A stretch of 64,000 nt of DNA from Candidatus Eremiobacteria bacterium (GTDB lineage Bacteria; Vulcanimicrobiota; Vulcanimicrobiia; Vulcanimicrobiales; Vulcanimicrobiaceae), in assembly GCA_963758295.1 (NCBI GenBank), contig CAVWUU010000003.1, positions 96,001-160,000 of the forward strand. Direction: 5' to 3'. Numbering within the stretch: the first letter of the stretch is position 1; every line of letters begins with the position of its first letter. The translations under genes and the position numbers were made by a program. Under the pieces are notes generated by a model. It had not been told where the DNA came from and searched no databases. It saw only the letters and a list, made by a program, of their open reading frames with translations. Shown here piece after piece: positions 40,870 to 50,518 of the stretch.

Positions 40870-42822
40870 TTAGGGCTTTTGGCTACGGCTGAAGTACTCT
40901 GCAAGCGGATCGATTGCCGAATCCAACTTGTCGAGGTGCTTCCGCACTATTTCTTCGGACGTTCTACTCTCCGAAAGGTCGCGCATCAATGCGCGCAAGC
41001 CGCTTTCGATCGGCCGCCAAAATTCGTGCAGTTCGAGCGCGGGCGTCGATGCATCGGCATAGAAGCTGCCGAGGGCAATGTTGGCGAGGCCGATCCGCCG
41101 AGTGGCTGCGGCGATCGCTAATGCGAGCGAAGCATCAAGTTCGTGGGTCGAAGCCGGCTCCGCGAGCATCCGTTCGAGCGACTCGTCTGCCGCACTGCGC
41201 GCGTTCCAGACCTCATTTCGAAGAACGTTCAACGCAACGACGTCGCGCAGTCGCGGGTCGGCCAGTCCGTCGAAGAGCCTTTGCCCGTATTGGGAATCGA
41301 TTTCGAGAAGCTGCACTAAGCGTTGGCGCGTATGAGGTGCTTCCCACGTCGGCCACAGCAAATACGAGAGCATCGCGAGCGTACCGCCGGCCGACGTTGC
41401 GACGAGCCGGTTCACGATCGCGCTTTGTTCGGGAGTGCCGGTAAGCGACAACAGGAAAACGACGTACGCGGTTATGGAGAGAGTGTAAAGCGCGTAGTTT
41501 ACTTGAAAGATCGCATACCCGAGCGTTGCGAAAACAATGGCGAGCGCGAGCGACACATGTTGTGTGTCCGGCACAACTAGCACGAGCGCGGTCGAAAAAA
41601 CGACGCCGATCAGAGTTCCGCCGATGCGCGCGAAACCGCGCGAAAGAGTACTCGTAAAATCCGGCCGCAAAACGAGCACCGCGGTGAGCGGAATCCAGTA
41701 CCCTCTTTGGTGAGGAAAAAGTTCGGCGAGCGTGCCGGCGATCGCCATTACGACGGCCAGGCGCAACGCGTGCCGTCCGAAGGGCGTGTGAATCGATAAA
41801 TTGGTTCGAACGCGCGTCAGAGTATCGTCGACCGAAGGGAAAACGTCGCGCATCGCTTTGCCGTCGGGCGGATGCAGCGCAATCCCCCGAGTCGGGGCGC
41901 CGGCGTAACGCAAGGCCGTTCCCAATTGATGAAAGAGCGATTGCTGCAAACGATTGTTTTCGGGTGGATCGAGCATCGTTGACTGCTGCGCTTCCGGAGC
42001 GCGTGCATCGTCAAGCGCGTTCGCGATTTCCTCGAGGACGGCCACCACGCGCGGCTGAATTATCTCAAATGAACTATCGTCTTGTGCCGCGATCCGCGTG
42101 AGCGTCGAACGAAGGCGCTCGGCTTCATTCAAAAGCGCTTGAAATGACGCAAGCGCCGTTCGGCGTCCGAAAGGGCGTGGATCCGCAAGCGTCTTGCGTA
42201 CCGATTGAAGCACCGAACTTGCGGGAAACGCGGCGTGATCGCTGATAAGATCGCGCGCATAGGCCGCAAGCGTTCGATAGGCAGCCGCAAGTGCGCGCCG
42301 CTCTTCGGGATATCGTTGAACGGGCCACAACACGACTAAAAGAACGGCTTGAAGCACGCCGCCGGCGAGTACGGATACGCCGGCCTCAGCGGTTTGCAGC
42401 GGCGTCATCGAAAAGCTGCTGAAGACAATCAGCGCGATCGCAGCGTTTAAACAAATGCCCGCTGCCGCCGGTCCGAGTGAGGCGAAGAGACCGTAGGCAA
42501 ACCCCCATAGAGCAAGCGCAATTACCGTGAGATAAGGATGGCCTACGGTAAGCGCGCCGGCGACCGTCGAGAACGCCATCGCAACCGCCATGCCGACCAT
42601 CGTCGCAGCTCGCGTGCGGTAAACGCCCTGTAGCGACGCAAAGCCCGTGCTCATTGCGCCGACGGCTGCTGCGACTGCGTCGAGCGGATGTCCCGTAAGG
42701 AAACCGCTCACAAGCGCGATGGCAACGCCCAGGGAACATCGCGCGATGAAGAGCGGTTCCAACCGGCGCCGTTCCAAGCGGAACGCCGTTCTCGCGATAG
42801 AGCGGGCCGTTTTAAATGCCAT
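40870..42822 (-). CDS. FUSC family membrane protein (YccS/YhfK-like)
   Basis: RHALRLAV, GYWIPLTAVLVLRPDF, RIGGTLIG, LLWPTWE; likely ATG at 42822 (MAFKTARS). Confidence 0.9.
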   Translation of the reverse strand: MAFKTARSIARTAFRLERRRLEPLFIARCSLGVAIALVSGFLTGHPLDAVAAAVGAMSTGFASLQGVYRTRAATMVGMAVAMAFSTVAGALTVGHPYLTVIALALWGFAYGLFASLGPAAAGICLNAAIALIVFSSFSMTPLQTAEAGVSVLAGGVLQAVLLVVLWPVQRYPEERRALAAAYRTLAAYARDLISDHAAFPASSVLQSVRKTLADPRPFGRRTALASFQALLNEAERLRSTLTRIAAQDDSSFEIIQPRVVAVLEEIANALDDARAPEAQQSTMLDPPENNRLQQSLFHQLGTALRYAGAPTRGIALHPPDGKAMRDVFPSVDDTLTRVRTNLSIHTPFGRHALRLAVVMAIAGTLAELFPHQRGYWIPLTAVLVLRPDFTSTLSRGFARIGGTLIGVVFSTALVLVVPDTQHVSLALAIVFATLGYAIFQVNYALYTLSITAYVVFLLSLTGTPEQSAIVNRLVATSAGGTLAMLSYLLWPTWEAPHTRQRLVQLLEIDSQYGQRLFDGLADPRLRDVVALNVLRNEVWNARSAADESLERMLAEPASTHELDASLALAIAAATRRIGLANIALGSFYADASTPALELHEFWRPIESGLRALMRDLSESRTSEEIVRKHLDKLDSAIDPLAEYFSRSQKP

Positions 42823-42881
42823 CGTGGAGTGAAAGGTTCCCTCGTAGGAGCCGCGCTTCACCATTGAGTATCCGTGCGACC

Positions 42882-43790
42882 ATGAATCCACCCCAATCGG
42901 GCATTTTTGCACTCGGCGATTCGTCGCAGATCTTTTTGGAATTTGCACTTGATTGCGGAAAATCGGCGGAAGATTTGGTGAGCTCCGTGGCGGCGATCCA
43001 CGAGCCCCGTACGACGGTCGGGGGAGTGAATTTCGTCGTGGGTTTTCGCCCGGAACTCTTCCGAGAGATCGCGCCCGGCGACACGCCGGACGATGCGCGG
43101 GGATTCGACACGCCGCTCGCCGGGGCCGATGGCTTCGCGATGCCGGCGACTCAGGCCGACTTGTGGTTGTGGTTTGCTGGAGCGTCCTATGACATCGTTT
43201 GGGAAAGCGCTCACGGCGCCGTACGCGCGCTGCAAGGCGTTGGAACGCTCGTGCGCGAGGTAGACGGATGGCCTTACCGCCACAGCCGCGACTTAACCGG
43301 CTTCGAAGACGGAACGGAAAATCCGAACCTGCTCGAAGCGCCCGAAGCCGCGATTGTTGCCGAAGGCAAAAAAGGCGAAGGCGCGAGCATCGTGCTTTTC
43401 CAGCAATGGCGCCACGAACACGAGTGGCTCGCGCTCCCCGTGGAAGACCAAGAGCGCGCAATGGGGCGAACCAAGCGCGATAGTATTGAATTCAGTGAAG
43501 AAGCGATGCCGCCGACGGCACACGTCGCGCGCGCCAAAGACGTGGTCGACGGCGAAGAACGCGACATTTTCCGCCGGAACGTTCCGTACGGGAACGTTAC
43601 GAACTATGGGACGATCTTCGTCGGCTTCAGCGCCGAACAATCGCGCCTCAGGCGCATGTTGGAACGCATGGCCGGAACAGAAGGCGGCGTCCGTGACGAG
43701 TTGACTCGCTACACTACGCCGCTCACCGGAGCGTATTACGTCGTGCCTTCTACGACGGCGCTCAAACGTTTCTCACCCGAATCCGAATAG
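42882..43790 (+). CDS. Dyp-type peroxidase
   Basis: MPATQADLWLW, RDLTGFEDGTENP (GxxDG), AHVAR, IFRRNVPYG, TGAYYVVPS. Confidence 0.95.
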   Translation: MNPPQSGIFALGDSSQIFLEFALDCGKSAEDLVSSVAAIHEPRTTVGGVNFVVGFRPELFREIAPGDTPDDARGFDTPLAGADGFAMPATQADLWLWFAGASYDIVWESAHGAVRALQGVGTLVREVDGWPYRHSRDLTGFEDGTENPNLLEAPEAAIVAEGKKGEGASIVLFQQWRHEHEWLALPVEDQERAMGRTKRDSIEFSEEAMPPTAHVARAKDVVDGEERDIFRRNVPYGNVTNYGTIFVGFSAEQSRLRRMLERMAGTEGGVRDELTRYTTPLTGAYYVVPSTTALKRFSPESE

Positions 43791-43799
43791 AAAGCAGCT

Positions 43800-44042
43800 A
43801 TGGCAGCCGAAACCAGAACTTTCGAAAACGTCGACCGCACCAAAGTCGACCGCTTGCGATCGTCGCTCGCGGCGTTCGTCACACTTCCCGAGGGCGATCG
43901 CGGCGCGATTTCGAAGAGCGGATTCTCCGGGACGTACGATTACGATGAGCCCGCTCAGCGGCTCATGCTCACGATCGAAGAGGCGCCGGTCTTTGTGCCG
44001 CGGTCGATGGTTTGGTCGACGATCGAACGCGCGCTTTCCTAG
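43800..44042 (+). CDS. Small hypothetical protein downstream of Dyp
   Basis: 80-aa ORF starting 9 bp after the Dyp stop on the same strand. Confidence 0.65.
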   Translation: MAAETRTFENVDRTKVDRLRSSLAAFVTLPEGDRGAISKSGFSGTYDYDEPAQRLMLTIEEAPVFVPRSMVWSTIERALS

Positions 44043-44046
44043 CGCC

Positions 44047-45252
44047 TTAGCGACGCCGCCGCGCACGGTAGACGACGCGCGGTTTCGGCGCCTCGATGCT
44101 TGCTTCAGGCTGAAGGGGATTCACCGTGCGCTCGAGACGCTTGCCAAGAACGTACTCGATCCGGCGTATGAGCGGCTCTTCATCGGTAGAAACGAACGTG
44201 ATCGCGTCGCCGCTGGCCTTGGCGCGAGCCGTGCGGCCGATGCGGTGAACGTAGTCTTCGGCGGCCATCGGTACGTCGTAATTGAAGACATGTCCGAGCT
44301 GCGCGACGTCGATGCCGCGAGCGGCAATGTCCGTGGCGACCAGCACGCGGCATTTTCCCTTCCGCAAGCTCTCTAGCGCACGGGTTCTTTGAGATTGCGT
44401 GCGGTCGCCATGCAGCAGCTCCGTCGGGACTTTTTGTTTTGCCAGCGCTGCAGCCAGCCGGTTCGCGCGCGCTTTCGTTCGCGTGAACGCAATCGCCGTA
44501 AAGATGTTGCTATCTTTCAGCAGCTCGAGCAGCAGTTCGGTTTTCTTCTCCGACGGCACGGCATAGAGCGTCTGCGTCAGGGTTTCGACCGGGGGATTCG
44601 TAGCCGCCAGCTCCACGCGGACCGGCTCGTGCAGCATCTCGCGCACAAGCCCGTCGATTGCCGGCGGAAGCGTCGCAGAGAAAAATAGTGTTTGGCGTTG
44701 TGGCGGAAGCTTCTGAAGCACGGCGCGCACCGCCGGAAGAAAACCCATGTCCAGCATGCGGTCCGCCTCGTCCAGGACTACCGTCGATATGGAGTTCAGT
44801 CGCGCAGTTCCGCGCTTAAGGTGATCTTGCAAACGTCCCGGCGTCGCGACGATAATGTCGCAGCCGCGTTTAAAGGCCAGTACTTGCGGGTTGAAACCAA
44901 CACCGCCATAAACGGCGGCTACTTGAACGCCGGTGTGCCGCGCGAGTACCGTCAAATGCTTGGAGATTTGTTCCGCGAGTTCGCGCGTCGGAGCGAGAAT
45001 GAGCGCTCGGGTAGTGCCGCGTGGCTGAGCGGCAAGCGACTGGATGATCGGCAGTCCGAACGCCGCGGACTTGCCGCTGCCGGTCTGCGCGCTCGCTAGC
45101 ACGTCCCGGCCCTCTAGGGCCGGCGGAATCGCCTGTTGCTGGATGGGGGTAGGCTCGCTAAAGTGCAGTTCTTCAAGCGCGCGAAGGAGCTCAGGCATCA
45201 AGCCGAGCTGATTAAAGCTGGAAATCGTTGTCGTTCTTTCGAGTGTGCGCAA
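44047..45252 (-). CDS. DEAD-box RNA helicase (RhlE-like)
   Basis: PTPIQ, AQTGSGKS, PTRELA, TPGRL, DEAD, SAT, ARGID, HRIGRTAR. TTG start is tentative. Confidence 0.95.
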   Translation of the reverse strand: MRTLERTTTISSFNQLGLMPELLRALEELHFSEPTPIQQQAIPPALEGRDVLASAQTGSGKSAAFGLPIIQSLAAQPRGTTRALILAPTRELAEQISKHLTVLARHTGVQVAAVYGGVGFNPQVLAFKRGCDIIVATPGRLQDHLKRGTARLNSISTVVLDEADRMLDMGFLPAVRAVLQKLPPQRQTLFFSATLPPAIDGLVREMLHEPVRVELAATNPPVETLTQTLYAVPSEKKTELLLELLKDSNIFTAIAFTRTKARANRLAAALAKQKVPTELLHGDRTQSQRTRALESLRKGKCRVLVATDIAARGIDVAQLGHVFNYDVPMAAEDYVHRIGRTARAKASGDAITFVSTDEEPLIRRIEYVLGKRLERTVNPLQPEASIEAPKPRVVYRARRRR

Positions 45253-45383
45253 TTCGATCGCAAATTCGAAAGATCGCGCGGAGGTAACGCGTCAGTATCG
45301 CATGGAACGGCCTTCGTGTCCAATGGTAAAGTCTGGGGCTTGCTTCCCAGGGAGCGGGCGGGCCTGGTCGGAAGTCCCCGCGC

Positions 45384-46253
45384 ATGCTGAATCGCCCGGC
45401 CGCCAAGACGCGGCCTTTCTTTGCGACGATTAACTGGGGCACGTCCATCGGGATCATCGTCATCCATCTCGGCGCGTTGCTCGCGCTATTCCCGGCTTTC
45501 TTTAGTTGGAAAGCCGTAATCACTATGATCGTGCTTTGCGTGTTTACATCGGCGATCGGCATCTCTCTGTGTTTTCACCGAGCGCTTACGCATCGTGGAT
45601 TGCGCATGGTAAAGCCGCTCGAGTACCTCACGACGGTCTTTGGAACGCTCGCCTTGCAAGGTGGGCCCATCACCTGGGTTGCCACGCACCGCCAGCACCA
45701 TGCCTCCACCGATGCCGAAGGCGATCCGCATGGTGCCGACCGCGGATTCCTCTGGTCGCATTGCGCGTGGCTGTTTACAAATAACGAAAACGTTCCGTCG
45801 GCCGATGCGCGCCGGCGCTTGGCGCGAGACCTTTCCGCCGATCCGTTCTATCGCTTCTTGGATCGCTTCGACGTTCCGTTACAGATTGCGCTCGGCGTCG
45901 CCCTGTATTTCTTCGGCGGCTGGCCGGCGGTCGTGTGGGGAATCTTCGTTCGACTGGTTTTGATGTACCACTCGACCTGGTTCGTGAATTCGGCTTCCCA
46001 CATGTTCGGCTACCGTTCGTTCAAGACGAACGATCTATCTCGTAACAACTGGTGGGTCGCGATTGTCTCGTGGGGCGAAGGCTGGCACAACAATCATCAC
46101 GCGTTCCAATTCTCAGCACGTCATGGTCTGCGTTGGTTCGAATTCGATCCGGTTTGGTGGATCATCAAGCTGCTCGGCTGGGTCAAGCTCGCCCGCGAAA
46201 TCAAAGTCCCGACGATCGAAATGCGCGAGCGGATGAAGTTCGTTCGTAACTAG
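45384..46253 (+). CDS. Delta-9 type fatty acid (acyl-CoA/acyl-lipid) desaturase
   Basis: His boxes FHRALTH, HRQHH, and GEGWHNNHH; WFVNSASH. Confidence 0.95.
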   Translation: MLNRPAAKTRPFFATINWGTSIGIIVIHLGALLALFPAFFSWKAVITMIVLCVFTSAIGISLCFHRALTHRGLRMVKPLEYLTTVFGTLALQGGPITWVATHRQHHASTDAEGDPHGADRGFLWSHCAWLFTNNENVPSADARRRLARDLSADPFYRFLDRFDVPLQIALGVALYFFGGWPAVVWGIFVRLVLMYHSTWFVNSASHMFGYRSFKTNDLSRNNWWVAIVSWGEGWHNNHHAFQFSARHGLRWFEFDPVWWIIKLLGWVKLAREIKVPTIEMRERMKFVRN

Positions 46254-46285
46254 CTCGCCTACCAAAGCTTGGGTATAACGGCCGC

Positions 46286-47185
46286 ATGACGAGACGTCAG
46301 GCGGTCGTTATTTCTTCCGAGCATTCGCACTCCGGCCGCGCTGCAATCGAAGCCGTTCCGCGGCTGCTGCTCGAACGCGGCGTGGAGATATCCGGGGTCT
46401 ATGTCGAGCGCAATTCAAAGGCGCTCGCGAAGCGCGTGAAGCGGGAAATGAAAGCCGGCGCGCGCCTTATTGTGGTTTGCGGAGGGGACGGGACGCTGAC
46501 GCACTCCGTTCCGCTTTTTGCAAACAAGAACTGCGTGTTGGGCGTCGTGCCGGCCGGGACGGGCAATAGTTTCGCTTGCAGCTTGGGCATCGACGAATCG
46601 TTCGAAGCGGCGGCCGATGCGATTGCGTACGGCGAAGAAGCCTGCGTCGATCTTGGGACCGTGGACGGAACCTATTTCGCAAATTTCCTGACGATCGGCT
46701 TTCCTTCGCAAGTAGCGGGTGAAACGCCGCGCGGGCTCAAGCGTGTTTTCGGGGCGTTCGCGTACGGGGTAGCCGGTTTCGTGCCCTTGCTCGTGCATGC
46801 ATCGTTTCGCGCAACCTTCAAGTGGAAGAAGCATCGCGTTAGCGTTGAGACGCACCAGGCGATCGTGGCGAACGGCCGGGACTTCGGCCATCAACCGTTG
46901 TCCGGAGATGCCTCTCTCGTGGACGGACGCCTCACCGTTTTCGTGCGCGATACGACGAGCAAGATCGATTTGCTGCAGACCTACTTCGCGTTATTGTTGG
47001 GCTCGCAGCATCGTTTACGCGACGCCCATATTTGGTCGACGTCCGATACGCTGAAGATTAGCACGAAGCCCCGCGTTCCGGTAGCCATCGACGGTTCGTT
47101 ACGCTGCAAAACCCCGATTCGCGTGGGCGTCGCTCCGAAGGCACTTCGCGTCCTGGTTCCGTCAGTTAGCGGACTGTCCGAGTGA
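46286..47185 (+). CDS. Diacylglycerol/lipid kinase family (YegS/Rv2252/BmrU)
   Basis: GGDGT, PAGTGNSFA, VDLG, NGRDFG, IDG. Confidence 0.9.
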   Translation: MTRRQAVVISSEHSHSGRAAIEAVPRLLLERGVEISGVYVERNSKALAKRVKREMKAGARLIVVCGGDGTLTHSVPLFANKNCVLGVVPAGTGNSFACSLGIDESFEAAADAIAYGEEACVDLGTVDGTYFANFLTIGFPSQVAGETPRGLKRVFGAFAYGVAGFVPLLVHASFRATFKWKKHRVSVETHQAIVANGRDFGHQPLSGDASLVDGRLTVFVRDTTSKIDLLQTYFALLLGSQHRLRDAHIWSTSDTLKISTKPRVPVAIDGSLRCKTPIRVGVAPKALRVLVPSVSGLSE

Positions 47186-47802
47186 TGCTCCAGACACTGC
47201 TTGCGGCAGCGGCAGTGGTGTGCCTGGCCGTAACATTGCTTTTGGGCTATTCCGTTACTCGTTCCGCTTCGCTATGGCGCATCGATGCAGAGGCTGCGGC
47301 ACTGCGGGGTGCCGGGGCTCCAGCGGCGCTCATGTTCACGCTTAGCGGCCGGGCGATGCCGCTTTTTTTCATTGCGGCCGCGGCATTCGGGATTACGCTT
47401 GCATTGCGTGCGGGGTGGAAGCTCGCTCTCGCCATTTTCCTCGTTCAGCTGATCTCGCAAGCCGGCGCAGAATTGCTGAAGCGGTGGTATCGGCGGCCGC
47501 GGCCGGATTACTGGCTCGTGCACGAAGAGCTCGGCTTTTCGTACCCGAGTGGACATGCAACTACCGCCGTCTTTTTCTACGGCTCGTGGGCCGTGCTCGG
47601 GCTATTACTGCCGATCCCGAAAACGATTTCCGAACCGCTCGCCGCTGCGCTCGGCGCGTGGGCGGGGGGCATCGTGTGGTCGCGGCTTGCACTCGGCGCG
47701 CACTATCCGGTCGACGTGACCGGCGGCGCGTTTTTCGGGGCGATGTGGGCGTGTATATTCTGGCTGCTCGTGCTTTCGCTTCACGCGATGCCCCTCCGCT
47801 GA
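47182..47802 (+). CDS. PAP2 family phosphatase
   Basis: KRWYRRPRP, SYPSGHA, SRLALGAHYPVDV. Confidence 0.93.
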   Translation: MMLQTLLAAAAVVCLAVTLLLGYSVTRSASLWRIDAEAAALRGAGAPAALMFTLSGRAMPLFFIAAAAFGITLALRAGWKLALAIFLVQLISQAGAELLKRWYRRPRPDYWLVHEELGFSYPSGHATTAVFFYGSWAVLGLLLPIPKTISEPLAAALGAWAGGIVWSRLALGAHYPVDVTGGAFFGAMWACIFWLLVLSLHAMPLR

Positions 47803-47870
47803 TCGTGTGCCGTTGCTCGTAAAAGGGAAACACTTCTGAAAACGTCTTTATCGAGAGAGGCTTAGCATCC

Positions 47871-50042
47871 ATGCGCCCTTTCGCTGCAGTACTTCTCGCG
47901 TGTTCCCTCCTTGCTGCATGCACCGGAAATCAGTCGTCGACGTCGGAGAGTTCCGCTTCTCCGGGAGAGACCGCTTCGGCGAATGCATCACCGGCTGAAT
48001 CCGCGTCTCCGCTTGAATCCGGATCGCCCGGTACCTCCGCTGCGCCGGCGAATTTCCCCGATGCAACCGTGTTGCTGAATTCACAAAGCGATAACAACAA
48101 CTGGCCGATTTCGGGCAAAACGTATGGCGGCAATCGTTTGACCGGGCTCACGCAAATTACGCCGTCCAACGTCAATCAACTGAAGAAGGCGTGGGTCACT
48201 GCCGTTGCGGACGACGGCGAAGAGGAAGCATCGCCCATCGTTTGGGACGGCGTCGTGTATCTCTCCACCGCGCACGATAATATGCTGGCTCTGGACGGAA
48301 CGACCGGAAAATTAAAGTGGGCGTTCGGCTACAATCCGTCTTACGAGTTGCAATACGCCGTCAATCGCGGCGTGGGATTAGCCAACGGAAACGTGTACAT
48401 CGTTACGCAAGATTGCCGCCTTGTGGCAGTTGACGCCGCCACGGGCACGCAACGCTTCAACGTTCCGGCCTGCCACGATACGTCCGATGCGTGGTACTCC
48501 ACCGCATCGTACGTTTATAAGGACAAGGTGATCGTCGGTACGTCGGGCGGCGATTTGGGCGGCAGCGGATTGGTGAGCGCGTTTGATGCGAATACGGGAA
48601 ACCGTCTATGGGATTGGCACACTGTCGCGCAGCCCGGCGAAGCGGGACACGAAACGTGGCCGGGTGATTCTTGGAAGCACGGCGGTGCCGCGGTTTGGGC
48701 CGGATTGTCGATCGGCCAAGACGACGACACCGTTTATGCAGCTCCGGGAAACGCCGGGCCTAACCTTACGGAATACGGACACAAAGGCAAGAATCTCTAT
48801 TCAGATTCCGTCGTTGCGCTCGACGTGTCCGGGTCGCAGCCGAAGTTGAAGTGGTATTACCAAGTTCTTCAAAACGACACCCACGACGCCGATCCGGCGA
48901 TGCCGCCGGTGCTTTTCGAGGCTAATGTGGGCGGCACGGCGCGCAAGCTTCTTGCAACCGGCGATAAGGCCGGAGACTTCGTCGTCCTGGATCGCACGAA
49001 CGGCCAAGAGGTTTATCGTACCGCCGTAAGCTCGCAGTCGAATCTCGATACGCCTCCAACGACGCAAGGCGTGCATGCATGTCCGAATCACGGTGGCGGC
49101 GTCGAATGGAACGGCGGTTCCTACTCGCCGCAAACAAACATGTTCTACATTCCCAGTACGAATGAATGCGCGACGTGGAAGGTCGTTTACACCGGCGCCG
49201 TTCCGTACGTTCCCGGCCAGCCGTACACCGCCGGGCCGCTGCCGAAGCGACAACCCGCAACCGGCGTGATCACGGCAATCGACATGGGCACCGGTAAGGT
49301 GGCATGGAAAGACGCGGTCCCCTATCCGGCGCAAGGCGGCGTACTCGTGCAGTCCAACGGCTTGATCTTCACGAGCGACGCCAGCGGCCGCGTATACGCG
49401 CTCGACGCGAAGACGGGCAAAGACTTATGGCATGACGACACCGGTTCGTCGATCGTTGCGCCAATCTCCGCATATCAAGGATCTGACGGTAAAGAGTACC
49501 TCGTCCTCATTGCCGGCGAAGCGGGAAATCAGAAGACTCCGAATTTGCCCGCAACGCATGGCGCACGCATCGTCGCGTATACGCTTAATGCGTCGCAAAC
49601 CGCGATGAACGACGCGTCGGGACAACCGAAGGTGAACGTTGCGACCGCCGGCGGAGCAAAGACCGAAAGCGGCAACGCGCCCTCGACCGTGGGCCAAGGC
49701 ACGGCGCCCTATACGGCCGATCAGGCTTCGGCCGGCAAGAAAGTCTTCGAAACCCAGTGTTCGTCGTGCCATGGCGCGCAATTGCAGGGCGTTTCAGCGC
49801 CGGCCTTGAGCGGGCCGCAATTCGCACATGCGAACCTAAACGTTTCGCAGATTTATGCCATCGTCACCAAGCAGATGCCGCTTAGTGCGCCCGGATCGCT
49901 CTCGCAAGACGAATATGCCGACGTGATGGCGTACATTTTGAAACGTGATTGCGTGAAGCCGACCGCCGGAAATGAGAAGTTCCCGAGCACCAATCTTCCA
50001 GTGCTCTCCAAGGTGACGGTCGGCTCCGGAAGCTGCCCGTAA
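47871..50042 (+). CDS. PQQ-dependent dehydrogenase lipoprotein with C-terminal cytochrome c domain
   Basis: Lipobox LAAC; QITPSNVNQLKKAW; W-motifs (ALDGTTGKLKW, ALDAKTGKDLW); NRG; GGAAVW; NLYSDSVVALD; CP..GG..W; CSSCH and MP. Confidence 0.92.
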   Translation: MRPFAAVLLACSLLAACTGNQSSTSESSASPGETASANASPAESASPLESGSPGTSAAPANFPDATVLLNSQSDNNNWPISGKTYGGNRLTGLTQITPSNVNQLKKAWVTAVADDGEEEASPIVWDGVVYLSTAHDNMLALDGTTGKLKWAFGYNPSYELQYAVNRGVGLANGNVYIVTQDCRLVAVDAATGTQRFNVPACHDTSDAWYSTASYVYKDKVIVGTSGGDLGGSGLVSAFDANTGNRLWDWHTVAQPGEAGHETWPGDSWKHGGAAVWAGLSIGQDDDTVYAAPGNAGPNLTEYGHKGKNLYSDSVVALDVSGSQPKLKWYYQVLQNDTHDADPAMPPVLFEANVGGTARKLLATGDKAGDFVVLDRTNGQEVYRTAVSSQSNLDTPPTTQGVHACPNHGGGVEWNGGSYSPQTNMFYIPSTNECATWKVVYTGAVPYVPGQPYTAGPLPKRQPATGVITAIDMGTGKVAWKDAVPYPAQGGVLVQSNGLIFTSDASGRVYALDAKTGKDLWHDDTGSSIVAPISAYQGSDGKEYLVLIAGEAGNQKTPNLPATHGARIVAYTLNASQTAMNDASGQPKVNVATAGGAKTESGNAPSTVGQGTAPYTADQASAGKKVFETQCSSCHGAQLQGVSAPALSGPQFAHANLNVSQIYAIVTKQMPLSAPGSLSQDEYADVMAYILKRDCVKPTAGNEKFPSTNLPVLSKVTVGSGSCP

Positions 50043-50043
50043 C

Positions 50044-50424
50044 CTACGTCTGCCTCGGGAGCACGGCTTTCACGTAGTGATGGCCGTGCTCGTCCCTGCC
50101 GGCGCAAACGTCCTTCGCGAACTTCGACACAAGAAAAAGCCCACGTCCGCGATCGGCTAGAGGATCGCGCGGCAACGCGGGCGCGAGATTGAATCCCGGG
50201 CCTTCGTCGGCGACCGTCAAGATCGCCTCATTGTTTTGCAGCTCCACCGAAATTTCGATCGCGCCCGGAGCATGATAGACGACGTTCGTAACTAGTTCGC
50301 TATAGATCAGCGACGAGGCAAACGTATCCACCGGGAGCGCGGCATCGTCTTTCACCGCCGTCAAAAAGTTGTGGCAATGCCGTAACGCTTCACTCGCGTT
50401 CGGCGAGCGAAAATTCCACACCAT
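50044..50424 (-). CDS. RsbW-like anti-sigma/ATP-binding protein (HATPase_c)
   Basis: SELVTNVVYHA, VADEGPGF, DRGRGLFLVS. Confidence 0.88.
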   Translation of the reverse strand: MVWNFRSPNASEALRHCHNFLTAVKDDAALPVDTFASSLIYSELVTNVVYHAPGAIEISVELQNNEAILTVADEGPGFNLAPALPRDPLADRGRGLFLVSKFAKDVCAGRDEHGHHYVKAVLPRQT

Positions 50425-50518
50425 AAATCAGGTATACCCTAATTTCTCTGCTTGCTTCAGTCGCCGAACGCTTGCATGCAGTAATCGTCGCGGGACGCGG
50501 GAATGCCAAGTTTGCTAT

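Noticed and set aside
42823..43461. N-terminal extension making the FUSC ORF 863 aa
   Set aside because: It is the antisense shadow of the Dyp gene; FUSC-like sequence begins at ATG 42822.
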